The notes under the pieces were generated by a model. It was given only the letters and a program-made list of their open reading frames with translations, was not told the DNA's origin and ran no database searches. 64,000 nt of DNA from the NCBI RefSeq assembly GCF_001447785.1, contig NW_015168654.1:1624031-1688030 (forward strand), written 5' to 3'. The stretch is from Gekko japonicus (Eukaryota). Below, piece after piece: positions 12,396 to 24,163 of this stretch. A program made the translations under genes and the position numbers. Within the stretch, counting starts at the first letter, position 1; each line of letters opens with the position of its first letter.

Positions 12396-12963
12396 AGTGC
12401 AGTTGCAGACCAGCAGAAGCCAGCCACCTCTGGCACAGGACCAGGCTTTGTTACCATAGGGAAGACTCAGACCAAAGGGCAAGAACACGTGACAATATCT
12501 GGCTCATGGAATGACTCTCCCAGGAAGATCACCGTCTCCTCCACCTTCCTGGGTGGTTTTTTGGGGGAGTTGCTCCCTAAAGGACCCTGGCAGAATGAGC
12601 GAGCTGGCTCACACTTCCGTGTTCTTTGGACCACAAGTGTAGTTGCACCGCTCAGCTTACAGAGGCAGGGGAGGCCAATGCTGTGTTAGGACTGGGGTGA
12701 CAGCAAGGAAAACTCAAGGTGGGACAGGTCACACCTGGCCCAGTCCATTTTGACAGGAGGGCAAATCAGAGCAGAGGTAAGGTGGGTGATCACGTATGGA
12801 TCCTTTTAAGTGCTACTAATTTTTCTCTTTCTGTCCTGTAACAGACTGGGTGCTTGTCTATTTCTCTGTCCTCAGTCTCTGACGTGATCACATCCTGATA
12901 GCTGGCATAATGCTTTTTTTTGTGTGTGTGTCAATAATGATGGCCTTTGCCTCTGTTTTCTAG

Positions 12964-13099
12964 CTACACACTGGAGTGCAACTACAACACAGGGCGATCG
13001 GTGAATACTGTTCCGGCAGCCTGTCATGATAATGGCCGGGCAACCCCTCCGCCTCTCCCAACATTCCCCTCTAAATACACCGCGGAACTGTTTGAGCAG
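12964..13099 (+). CDS. AGBL5: AGBL5 coding exon 8 (catalytic Glu)
   Basis: [12 protein letters not shown]...YTAELFEQ; YTLE general-base motif. Confidence 0.96.
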
Positions 13100-13499
13100 G
13101 TACCAGTCTCCCCCTTTCTCTTCTCCCCCACCCAGGGCATCCTAGGTAAGCTGCATCGTTCCAGGGTTTTGCTTCAGTGCAAGATGGAAGCCCCTCCAAA
13201 TGACGCGGGTCACATCCTGGAAGGCCACTCCATCCTAACAGGAAATGGAACTTAAAGTTTTGAGAATAGATGAAAGGAGCTGACAAAGCACCGTGTCACA
13301 TTTCCTCTATTGTGGTTGCCTGGTGCTTTGTAACCCTCCTATCTTTGTGGCCCACAAAGCACTGGCATGCTCCATACAGCCTGGATCTTAATCACTAAGT
13401 GCCGAGCATCCTACTAATGGTACCTTGACCTCCCCCAAGGGAGACTTTCTGACAGAATGCAAGGGAATGGAACAGTCAGTGTTCAGGAATGGTCATGTT

Positions 13500-13715
13500 G
13501 GGGGAGGGGCTGCGGCTCTGTGACAGAGCATCTGCTTGGCACACAGAAGGTCCCGGGTTCAATCCCCAGCATCTCCAGTGGAAAGGTTCAGGTAGCAGGT
13601 GACGTGAAAGACCGCGGCCTGAGACTCTTGAGAGCTGCTGCCAGTCTGCGTAGACAATATTGACCTTGATGGGCTATTGGCCTGATTCAGTATAAGGCAG
13701 CTTCATGAGTTCATG
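13500..13715 (+). mobile_element. Second tRNA-derived SINE family (Ala-like head); related copies near 36790, 38390-38575, 48300-48710, 57560-57765
   Basis: ggggctgcggctctgtgacagagcatctgcttggc...gggttcaatcccc head; 3' end tataaggcagcttcatgagttcatg. Confidence 0.7.
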
Positions 13716-14210
13716 CCTACAGAGGCCACTGATGAGTGACCCAGTCCACATTAGAGGGCCCCTGTGTTTCTCCAGGCCTGGCAGACCTCTCTGACCATCG
13801 TATCAAGCTTCTGATTCTCCCAGCTGCCTCTGTGGTTTCTCCATTGGTGCATTCTTTTATGAAAGGGCACAAAACACATACACGGGCCAGGAGCAGAAGA
13901 GATATGGTATCTCGTACTGGGACATCAACCACCTCCAACAGTATCCAGTAAATGACAGCCCATTGAGGGGCTGGGGCCTGGCCCTTGAGCAACCCTGGGT
14001 TATTGTCTCGGTCTCAGCAGGCAGAAAAGGGGGGAGGGGCACAAATGGGCTGTCAGAGGACCTTGACACTTCCAGCTGTCCTTCCGTTGTAGAGAAATGG
14101 CTCCCAGCAGCTACAGCACAGGGTGTTCCTTGGCTTTTCCTGCCCTGCCTAGAAAGCGCATACTTTGGCCACAGTACCCGTGGTCAAGTGACATCTCTTG
14201 CCATACCCAG

Positions 14211-14398
14211 GTTGGAAGGGCGCTGGCAGTCGCAGTGCTGGACATGGCGGAATGCAACCCCTGGCCGCGGATTGTCCTGTCTGAACACAGCTGCCTTAGC
14301 AACCTGCGAGCCTGGACGCTGAAGCATGTGCGTGGCATGCGGGGCTTGGCAGGCTACAGCCGGAGGAAGGGCAACAAAACCCCACCTAAGGGGGGCAA
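14211..14398 (+). CDS. AGBL5: AGBL5 coding exon 9
   Basis: [27 protein letters not shown]...KTPPK; donor AA|GTAAGA. Confidence 0.95.
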
Positions 14399-15315
14399 GT
14401 AAGAGACTGGACTGGGGCCCTGGTGTCAGGTGGCTGTACCGCAGGGATGACCCACTTTGATTCTCGGAGCGCAGCCAGACTGGGGGTGGGGTGGGGAAGG
14501 GGAGGGACTTGGGTTTCTCTCTCGCAGACTCACTTGGACCCTGTTGTACCTGTGCACGTATCTCTTCCCTCCCCAGCCAACCCACTTTCAAGGCTTTGCT
14601 GTGCTGCTCAGCAGGTGCAGCCAGCCACCTGCAGCTCTGGAAGATGACTGCGTAGGTCTTTTCTCCGAGCATGTTCAGAACCAAGCCCTTGCCTAGCATG
14701 CTATTGCATGTGGCGGAGGAAGCAAAAAGCCCTCTTCTTCCTAGCAGCAAGTTTATTGGAAGGGTGGTGGTGGTGGTGGATTTGTTTATCTCTTGGAGGC
14801 ATGGAGAACCTGAAAGCTGGCTGTGGTTGTGGGGGAAGTTCCAGAGGGGACTAGGTTCCTGAGCAGGTGTTGCATTCCTTCCTTTACCAGCCCACACCCA
14901 AGTAATCCCTTGTGGGGAACCATCACTGCACACACGGGGGCTGTGAGGGTGACGCAGACCCCCCATCCTCCCAACCTGAGACGAGGGTGCCCAGGAGGAG
15001 CGGCTGCCTTAACAAATGCCAGTTCCCTGCATGTCATATCAGTGGGGAACCGGAGATGCCCTGTGGTGTCCTTTTGAGGCCAGTATTAGTGTATCAGTCC
15101 TCAGACCCACACATACAGGATGCATGGAGCTGCACGTGAGAATCGGAGCACCTTCACTTGTGGCACAGATTGCTGGGGGCGGGGGGAGAACACGAGGTAA
15201 ATCCAGACAGGTGGGTCTAGTTCCAAAAATCTTGTGTGTTATGCCAGGAAGCAAAAACGTTGCTCAGGGATGGTTGCCCCAGCTCTTAACGCTGACTTTT
15301 CCCATTTCCTCCCAG

Positions 15316-15524
15316 TGTGCTTTCTGCCTCCTGTTCTGAGAATTCTCTGTGCCGGACCCGGAGTTTCAGCAATGGCACCAGCGGGAGCAGCAACAGCCAG
15401 CAGACTTCTCCCCAGGTCAAGACCTCTCCTAGCTTCACCTTCAGCTGCTCCCGGTCTCCTGCCCCCATGGGCATGGGACAGAGCCCCCAGAAAGGGGTCT
15501 CGAGGGTGCTGGCACTTGTACGAG
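15316..15524 (+). CDS. AGBL5: AGBL5 coding exon 10
   Basis: [38 protein letters not shown]...RVLALVR; donor G|GTAAGC. Confidence 0.9.
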
Positions 15525-15628
15525 GTAAGCTGCCCGGTGGATCCATAACAGGAGTGATCCAGTGGATGAGGGAGTGGATCTGTTGCCGACAGTGGCACCC
15601 TTGAAGGCATGACGCCTCTTTCTCCAGA

Positions 15629-15634
15629 AATAAA
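15629..15634 (+). terminator. AGBL5: Intronic polyadenylation signal (short AGBL5 isoform)
   Basis: AATAAA 25 nt after the in-frame read-through stop TGA at 15602-15604, followed by GT-rich sequence. Confidence 0.55.
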
Positions 15635-17766
15635 GGTGGTTTTCAGTGCAAACTGTCCATCTGTCAAACTGAGCAGGCCCCTCCTCTTCCCCTGCCTTGG
15701 GAGAGGCCAGTCTTCTACAGCTTGGGCAGGGCAGCAAAACTTGTGCTTCCCCATGTAAGGAATGGACAGTTGGGCCTGGGGGGAAAGAGGCAGTTCTTCA
15801 CCAGGTAAAATTGGAATACCGATTTTGAAACAAGTCTCTGGGGTTGATATATTTTTATTTAGCTATTTATACTCCACTCTCCCCCCCCCCCCCCATTGAG
15901 GATCCAAAGCAGCTTACAACATTGTTATCCTCACAACAGTCGTACTTAGAGGTAGGTTAGGCTGGCACAAGGTTACCCAGCAAGCTTTCCTGGCTGAGTA
16001 GCGATTCAGAGCTGGGTCTTCCATGTCCTAGTCCAGCACTTTAACCCCACCACCATGCTGTTTTCCATTGCATTTCCAGCACCTCCCACCAAGGTCAGCT
16101 GCTGCTCAGTCACCCTCATCCCCCCCCCCCCCCTTCCCCCCCACACCCTTTCCCCTTCCTCCAGAGAGCTCAGGGCAGTGTCTGTATCCTTGCAATTGTC
16201 CCATGACATAGATGAGGCTGAAAGAGTGATGTGACCAAGGGCATCTATTTAGCTTCAGAGCTGAACAAAGACATCTTAGCAGGGCTTCCCCAGTCCTAAA
16301 TCCTAAGCCTATTCCTGAAGTCCACTGATTGGTGACTCCAAGGTTACCCAGCTCTGTCAGTACACCCAATCAGTCACGTCCCCTTCTTGAATCTAGCCAC
16401 TTGCAAAAAGGCTCTGCCACCAGAAACCACTTAATGTGAATCGTTCCTGCTTCTGCTTGCTTGTTGGAATGGCTCCATCCCTCCTGCACCCAAGGGGTTT
16501 CCAGTCTTTTCAGCCTTGTCTGTTGGGCAGAAGACAGATGTGAATGCAGACAACTGCTTTATGCAGTCAGCCCATCTAGTCCTGTTCCATCTATTCCAAC
16601 GGCAGTCTGGCAGGGTCAGTCCACTCTTGAGAGAGGAAGAAGCTCTGTCTTGCCCAGAGCAGTCTAAACAGTTCCCTTCGTTTCTCCCTTTGCTGCTGAG
16701 GGCAGGCGTAGGCAACCTTTTTTGACCCAAGTGCTGGTTTAAAAACAACAACATTGTCCTGTGAAGATGTTGGCGTGGAGAGGACACACACAAGGGTTGT
16801 GCATCTCAGGGGGCTTGCCTTGGACCCAGCCAAGGACTCAGCAAGTGATGAAGGGAAGGAGCCATGCCCATTGCCTTCTCCCACACCACCGACCACAGCG
16901 GCACTGCCATCACCTCAAGAGATCACCCTTTTGGGGCAGAGAACCAGCCCTGTGTACCAAGCAAAATGGTCTGGCCAGCACGTGTGTGGGGGGTGTGTGT
17001 GCCCACCCTGATGTAGACATTGCCAGGGCGCTTTGAGCAGTTGATGCAGCAGGATCAACGGTCTGCTCCTCTCTCTCACCCACCTACCAGCTAATTCTCT
17101 TACCAGGTGCCATCGAGTGTCACGTTCTTTCTTGCTGAAGGGGGGGGGGGGGGGGAGAATGGGGCTGCCTCTCTTGCTGTGCTTCCAGAGTTCAGTCACC
17201 CGCAACTGCGTCCAGAGCCTCCAGAACACCTCCTGGGTTTGATCAGAATTGACGGGGGCTCCCTGAAGGCAGAACGGGGGAGGGAGGAAGCCTGCCTGCC
17301 TGCCTGCCTGGGAGCTGGTCCTCCTGCTGTCCTGACTGCCAGCTACAGAGAGTTTGAGCCTGACAGTAACTCACATGGGAGCTGGGACCTTTTACCCCTC
17401 TTGTGGCTGTCGGCCTTGCCTAATTCTCCATTCCGCATCTGAGGGCACTCTGGGCCCTGTTGCTATACATTTGCTCCTGCTATTCAGCCCCTGTCTGTTG
17501 AAGAAATAGGACAGCTGGCTCCTTGTTTCCTTCATTACTGAGCACTGATGTAAGACATCTGGAGTTGGGCTCAGTTTGAGACAGGAGAGTGGATCTTTCC
17601 TCCCTTCTCTTTATTGACTGTGCCTGTTGCTCGTGTTGGGTGGGCCTTTTTGGCTGGAGCGCACTCGGGCCGGCTCTGTGGAGGAGGAGGAGGTGGGAGC
17701 TTGGAGAGCAGGGAGGCAGAAGGACCACTGGTCTCACCTGGCCTTTTGCTTGTCTCTCCTGCGTAG

Positions 17767-17925
17767 AGCCTCAAGTCCAGGAGAAGCAGCACCATCAGCA
17801 CCAGACCTTGCTGCGAGCCACCATGAGCAGCATCCAGGTGCCTCCCTCAGGGTGGGCAGTCTCCCACCTCCAGCTGCCTCCCAGTCTCGGCCCTTGCCCC
17901 CTCTCAGCCACGCTCAGCGGGTCAG
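17767..17925 (+). CDS. AGBL5: AGBL5 coding exon 11
   Basis: EPQVQEKQHHQHQ...LGPCPLSATLSGS; acceptor tgtctctcctgcgtag; donor CAG|GTTCGT; phase 1-1; resembles recalled human EPRSQDRRRQQQ exon. Confidence 0.75.
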
Positions 17926-18837
17926 GTTCGTATCCCGTCCTCTGCTGCCACATGCACACGCTCTTGTTCGGTGAACAAGGACTGCCTCTCCGCAAGAGCA
18001 ACCTCGATTTGCCACTGCTGCCTGGGTGAATCAGCCGCCAGGGATGCCAAGGGCAATGGGCCACATGCCTGCTGGCCGTTGTGTCCTAACGCTAACAGGG
18101 AGATCCCTGCTAGTTCCAGACGGCTGCTCGTGCCGGCAGGGTAGCCAAGGTCTAGGCACGTGGCCACTGACAACCAAGGTCAGTCTTCTGGAGACTGACC
18201 TTGCTGGGCCAGATCTCTTTGCCCAGAGGGAGAGCGGTAGCCCTTTTCCTACCCAACCTGGCAGGATATTAAGCCAATGCAGAGAGGGGCTGTGGGGAAG
18301 ATTATGTTGCAGAGGAAGCAATTCGGGTCTCTCAGGTACCTGCTTTACTTGCTGGTAAAGGCTCCAGCCACTTACTCTCCAGCTCCACCCCAACTGTGTT
18401 ATTTCTTAAAACATTTTTACCTCCCCTTTCCCCATGGTCAAGGCGGCTGTTATTCCAGCTCCTCTGCTGAATTAACCTTTGTTCCTGCTCGAGCAAAGCC
18501 CACGGTTTGCTTTCCCAGGCCCTGGGTGCCTATCCTGCTAGACAGGAAATCTGGACTGGGCAGAATTCACAGACTCCTGCCCATCATAGGTTGCCTGCCT
18601 TCCTGTGGCTCATTGCTTTTATTGCCCCACCAGGTGGCTGTGGCGGCGGCAGCAGCTGCAAGTCCCCCTGCTGACAGCTGCTCAGTTTGTGTGTGGGAAT
18701 GATCTCTCCCAGTTTAGACAACTATCTACTGCTCTCCACCTGTACTGCTCTGGTTCCTAAGTCTCGCCGCCTTTGTACCCCTAATCCCTGTGGCATCTTT
18801 GCAGTTCTGATTAGAACACAGAGACCAAATCCAGAAC

Positions 18838-19043
18838 CAATGCTCCCTCTAAGCCATGGAGTCTTGTGAGCAAAAATCCTACTTTGTGAGCTACTGGCAT
18901 TAAAGCTGTGAGCGAGCGGTTTGGCTCCTGCATAAATTAGCTTTCTCTGGAGCCATCCTTCCTGAGCAAAGACAAAAATGTGTGAGCTGGAGGCTAAAAA
19001 AGTGTGAGCTAGCTCACACTAACTCAGCTTAGAGGGAACATAA
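18838..19043 (-). mobile_element. hAT-type MITE, family A (~206 bp)
   Basis: TIRs CA(G/A)TG(T/C)TCCCTCTAAG...CTTAGAGGGAACA; reverse orientation of 54331-54536. Confidence 0.8.
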
Positions 19044-19237
19044 GAACTGCTGCTTGAGCTGCAGCTTCCAGTCGGCATTCAGGCTGCTCCAGTTCCCCCT
19101 CCCCTGGACACGCGTGCGCACACACACACACACACCATTGTTGTGTGAGGCTGCCTAATTGTAAAAGTATTGAACACAGCCATGTGCCATCTCTGAGGCT
19201 GCTGCTTTTCTTACAGAGTGCAGGGCGTAGCTCGTAG

Positions 19238-19521
19238 GAGCCAGATTGGTGTAGTGGTTAAGTGTGTGGACTCTGATCTGGGAGAACCGGGTTTGATTCC
19301 CCACTCCTCCACTTGCACCTGCTGATGTGACCTTGGGTCAGTCACAAGCTCTGGCACAGCTGTCCTTGAAAAAGAGCAGTTTGTGTCAAGAGTTCTCTCA
19401 GCCCCACCTACCTCACAGGGTGTCTGTTGTGGGGAGGGGAAGGGAAAGGAGTTTGTAAGCCACTCTGAGACTCCAAGTGAAGGGCGGGGTATAAATCCAA
19501 TCTCTTCTCTTCTTCTTCTTC
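19238..19521 (+). mobile_element. Squam3-like SINE
   Basis: Same family. Confidence 0.85.
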
Positions 19522-20027
19522 CTCGTGCTGGCCTCAGAGTGCTCGTTCAGTTGTTCACCTCAGAGTGCTCGTTCAGTTGGTCCAAAACAGATTTGATTAA
19601 AACCAATAGTCATCTCAAAAACGAAACATTAGGAGCACTCTTCCAGGACACAGTTGCCAGGACAAGAGCCCAGCATGGGCATCTGTCTTTGGCACATGTT
19701 CTTTTCAGCTGTCAAATAGGCCCTTTTAAGTGTGACTCACTGAGGCTGGTCTGACAAGAACCAAACAGGTCTCGTCAAAGTGGATTCTGCCTCAGGACTC
19801 AGGACAGGTCAGAAGTGGACCCCTTGGGGCTACACAGAATGGGCCGCTTAATGCAATTCAATTCTATTTCCCAGCTTGTGGTCTGTAGGTAAATGGGGCA
19901 CGCACTGCTGTCTCCCAGATACTCCCCTACCTTGCTGCCAAATGACATGCCGTAAAAACCTTTAGTAAAAGAAATGTCATAACAGTCAGTTTTAAAGAGA
20001 AAGCCACCAGGGGTCTCAGAAGTCCTG

Positions 20028-20284
20028 ATAGCCGGTTTGGTGTAGTGGTTAGGAGTGCGGACTCTAACCTAGGAGAACCGGGCTTGATTCCCCTTCTCCA
20101 CATGCAGCTGCTGATGTGACGTTGGATTGGTCATGGCTCTTGGGAGCAGTTCTCAAGAGAGCTCTCTCAGCCCCACCTACCCTCACAGGGTGTCTGTTGT
20201 GGGGAGGGGAAGGGAAAGGGATTGTAAGCCACTCTGAGACTCCTTTGGGTAGTGAAGGGCAGGGTATAAATCCAATCTTCTTCT
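20028..20284 (+). mobile_element. Squam3-like SINE
   Basis: Same family. Confidence 0.85.
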
Positions 20285-22050
20285 GTTTCAAGTCTTCCTT
20301 CAAATCAAGTCTGAAGGAGATACACACGCCATTTCCTCTCCTTGCTTTGGTGAGATCAGAGCTTCCTATTGGCTCAGTCTCTCCCATTTTAGACTGCAGT
20401 TTGTTCAGTTTCACATGACTGAGAGGATGTTTTCATGCTTTTTAAAACAAGTTCGATACCTGGAGCAACATTTGGCTAAAAGAAGTGTGAAGCTTTTAAC
20501 AGATAATTATTATGTAGGACCTCCTTCATTCAGTCGTGTTTTTTTAATTTCCCCTTTACTACACAACTGGCCGGCGCTCTGAGGCACCTTCTGGGGTGAC
20601 TGTTTTCCATGAAGGAAATTGAGTTGGGACTTTTGGGGAATGATGCAGGTTGGAAAGTGATAGCTTTACAGAGCAGTGCCCTCTCGGCAGGGCTGAACAC
20701 TACCAAGCTGGGGAATAGATCTTGCTCCTCCAGCCGTCTGTGGAGGATTACAGAGTTGCGCTTCCAGGGTCAGGCTAACCAGTTCCTGCATCAAGCGTTC
20801 TCCATTACTGCAAATACATTAATCTTCCCCCAGTCCCTCCAGTGGACAAATAGAATAGTTTCCAGGTTCCCCCCTCTAAAATTTGCTGTACTGCCTCTCA
20901 GTCAAGAGAAGAGCCAGTCTTGTGCATGCAGAGGTGCCTGAGCTCTAGAGGGTAGGTTCCCAAGTGGTACAGGCAGAAGAGGGCACACAGTCCACTTGTC
21001 TGTGGTGGGAGAACACTGGAATAAGAAAGGCCTTGCAAGAAACATCCTGGAGGAGCTGGAATGGCCGTGGACTGGCACAGCTTCCTCCAGGGGACTGCCC
21101 TGGGAGGTAAAGCCACCATGCAGTATGGGGAGCTGCAGACCTGCATAAAGGCCAACAGAGCCAGCACTCTTACGCTTCAGTTCCAGCAGTGGCACCTTTG
21201 CTAAACTAGCTTTCCATCTGTTTTGAAGCAGGCCTTAATGTTCCTTTGCAAGGCCTTTCTTATTTCAGTGTTCTCCCACCACACACAATCTCATGCGAAA
21301 GAACTAGACTGTTCGCACTGTCCAGGTGGCAGAGGCTGAGGACTCCGATGGTCACTGCAAGTAGAAAAGAATGCAAGTGGTGGTGAGCAGCAGGTTCCAC
21401 CCCTGTTGGTAGGTGGGGCTTGCCTGCCATTGTTTCCGCTGCCTCCTTTCATCAGCCCAGCCCCAGCAAGCAGCACCATGTAGAGGAGGAAAAGCGCTGC
21501 AGTCTCAGCACAGGCAAAGGGAAGGGCCAGCTCAACAGATGCCGTTTCCCTGGGCCATTTTTGTTTAGTGTGTTGTGCTGTTGCAGGGGGGGGGGGGGGG
21601 GGGGGGGGGGGGGGGCTGTGTTAAGGCAGTACATGCTGACTGTACTTTCCAAGGAACTTTTCCTGCGGCTAGTGGGTTGCCTGGGTCTCTGTCAGTGAGT
21701 GCCTCAGGAACACTGGGGGATACTTCCACATGCATAGCCTGCTACTGTCCAATGAGAGCTTCCTGTTCTTATTGGGGAAGCTAAAGCTAAATGCTGTCTG
21801 ACCGAGTGACTTGCAGGTGTAGTTGTGGGGATGATACGCTGCTATGGGGTGTCTGATTTCCAGGGGGCATCAAGAAGGGCAACGAAGTATGGCCCTGCCT
21901 ACACCACGGCCTCTCTTGGCCTGAGCATCTCTCCTGCTCTGAGCCACTGTGAGCTTCAGTTAAGTGTGCTGTAATCCTGGCCCTATGGCAAATGTTCGCT
22001 TTGTGCAAATGAGAATGATACCATTTCCCCCTCTCTCATTGATTGCACAG

Positions 22051-22184
22051 GGTCTGGCCACCATGGACTCCTTGTGGGTAATAAGGCAAACACCTTAGCA
22101 GCTGCCTGCCGTGGACTGCAAAAGGCAGAGCATTCTCGAGAGGAGCTACAGGCCTCTCCACCTTGCAGCCTGGCGCTGCTCCAG
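22051..22184 (+). CDS. AGBL5: AGBL5 coding exon 12
   Basis: GSGHHGLLVGNKANTLAAACRGL...PCSLALLQ; acceptor gattgcacag; donor CAG|GTAAAG; resembles recalled human GSSCSLLSSGDK...PCIKTRLQ. Confidence 0.72.
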
Positions 22185-22536
22185 GTAAAGGGAGAACTGG
22201 GGGAAGGGGGTGGAGTCTGCTTTACAAGACCCGCCTCCTTAGCTTGCTGGCAGCTTTCCTCCAGGAGAGGAATCCAAGGGCAAGGCTGCAGCCTTGGTCC
22301 AGGGAAAGGTCTCCTCCTTACCAGCCTCCCCTTCCATGACAGCACCGTATTTGCCAAGAAACATGAGCCTTGGTTTCTGTTCTTTCTCCCTGCCCCAAGA
22401 TCCAGCTGCCCTCCCCCCCCCCCCCCCCCAATGAGTCGCTCTTAAACCCGGAACATCTGCAAGCCAAGTGCTCAGAATGCTTGGCTTGTGTGCTGCCTCC
22501 CTCCTGACTTTTCTCTCTCTCTCTCTGTGTCTACAG

Positions 22537-22583
22537 AATCTCTCAAGGCGACTGAACAGTGAGAAGCTGCAAGAGCCATCCAG
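22537..22583 (+). CDS. AGBL5: AGBL5 coding exon 13 (47-nt cassette)
   Basis: Long (CT)n tract plus ctacag acceptor; NLSRRLNSEKLQEPS; donor AG|GTAACT; phase 0 to 2. Confidence 0.65.
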
Positions 22584-22826
22584 GTAACTGATGCGTGACA
22601 AGAGTAATCCAGTGTTCATGCCCAGTGGAGGTCGCAGCAGGAGCTCCTTGGTTTCCCTGTTGTGCCACTGACTGTCTGAAAGGGCCATCCTGGGGAGTGT
22701 GCATTCCCACATCCCCCTCCCCACACTCAAGGAACTAAGAGCCAATAGTACACCTTCCCAGGGGTGTCTGACCGTACGGACTGGAGGCCTGTTGTGTCAG
22801 TGCTTCTGCTCTTGCTGTCCCTTCAG

Positions 22827-22981
22827 CCTGGAGATTCTGGTACCTCGACCCAGCCGGATCCCCATCCGCAGGAAAACCCAAGCCCAGCATCTGCTCAGGC
22901 TTCAGAGCTGCAGCAATGACTCCTCTCTCAAGGTGTGGAAATACGCACCCTCGCAGGTGCCAGCGCAGAATTCTCTGCCAG
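22827..22981 (+). CDS. AGBL5: AGBL5 coding exon 14 (SxIP motif)
   Basis: Acceptor tgtcccttcag; LEILVPRPSRIPIRRK...SLKVWKY...NSLP; donor G|GTACGT; phase fits exon 13. Confidence 0.62.
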
Positions 22982-23136
22982 GTACGTTCCTGCACAGCGG
23001 GGAGCGGCCCTGCAGTCAAGCATGCTGTGCCTCTAACAGTGACACTGTCATTAGCTTCACACCCTAAATTCTTCTGGGGTCCCACTGCTGCTGGCAGGCC
23101 CATCCACACTCTCCTCCTCTCCCCCCCTTCCTCCAG

Positions 23137-23345
23137 AGTTCCCGCTGGAAGTGCCAGAGCTGACTGTAACGAACCGGAGGGAAGAGCCGCTTTTTCTGTG
23201 CAACACTCCCAAGGTTTTGTTGGACGAGGTACGGGGAGGGGGGAGCTCTGCCGAGGAAGCTGCTGCAGCATCCCTCATCTGCAGCCACTGCCCTCCACTT
23301 GAGCACCTGTCCCATAGGCAGCGGAAGAAGAAGTGCACTCCATGA
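23137..23345 (+). CDS. AGBL5: AGBL5 terminal coding exon (stop as assembled; see finding on alternative frame)
   Basis: Strong pyrimidine acceptor cccttcctccag; EFPLEVPELTV...RKKKCTP*; spliced total 2844 nt = 947 aa. Confidence 0.5.
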
Positions 23346-24157
23346 GACGTGGGCAGCACCTGCCCCCCTCCCCCTGGAAAGCATGAGGGCAGCCTTCGCC
23401 TTTGCAAGTCCCCTGAGGCAGCTCTCTCTGTTGCAGCATCTCCCGGGGCGTGCAGAGTCCCCCCAGCTCACCTACCACAAGATCCTGTCTTTCTGCACAG
23501 AGGCCTGACTTGCCAGGGGGGACGCAGCAGCTGCGGCCAACCTCTTCCAGCTCCTCGGGAGCCTCCACCCCACAGCATGCCAGGCACCAGACGACTCCAC
23601 CGGACTCCTCACGGTGGGAGAGACCTGTCGAGACACCCTGCCTGCTGACATCCAGCAAGTTCCTGGCCCATCCGTCGCCCCCCTCCTACCCCTGTCCTTT
23701 TAAACCAAAGCTGCTCTTTCAGCCCCAGCAGCCGGTGCAGGCTTGGAGCCAGCCTTCCAGGTGCAAGAGCCCCCTTCCACACTCTGCTTGCAGTCAGCGG
23801 CACAAGGCACCCACGGCCTAAAGAGTACAGCCTGGCCAGTCTTCCTGGAGTCCCTTTCTCAGCTACCTGCACCAGGGCCTGGAGTTCTATCTGCATCACG
23901 GATGTTCCAGCATGAGGAGGCAAAAAGGCTCCTTCTAGGGACCGCAATGAGATCATCCCAGTCAGCAAACCTCGGAAAGTTGTGTTTGGCGTCTCTTTAA
24001 AAGGCCAATTCATCACACAGCCAGCCTCCCCTCTTCCCCCAGGTTCAGGGGTGGAGAGGTCACCACCACCTTAAGGCCATTTCTGCAGCTGTATATAGTT
24101 GGTTACTGGGTTGGAAGCTATTTTTGAAACCAGATTGTCTTGTAACATGTTTCTATT

Positions 24158-24163
24158 AATAAA
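24158..24163 (+). terminator. AGBL5: AGBL5 distal polyadenylation signal
   Basis: AATAAA preceded by TGTA and followed by T/GT-rich sequence; first such signal after the stop. Confidence 0.7.

Noticed and set aside
13730-13795. C/D box snoRNA-like TGATGA...CTGA
   Set aside because: No terminal stem or identifiable antisense element
19532-19580. 26-bp tandem duplication next to a SINE tail
   Set aside because: Ordinary slippage duplication
21585-21615. Long G homopolymer (also ~30796-30821 and the C runs at the gap) as G-quadruplex elements
   Set aside because: Homopolymer lengths are unreliable in assemblies; no functional evidence
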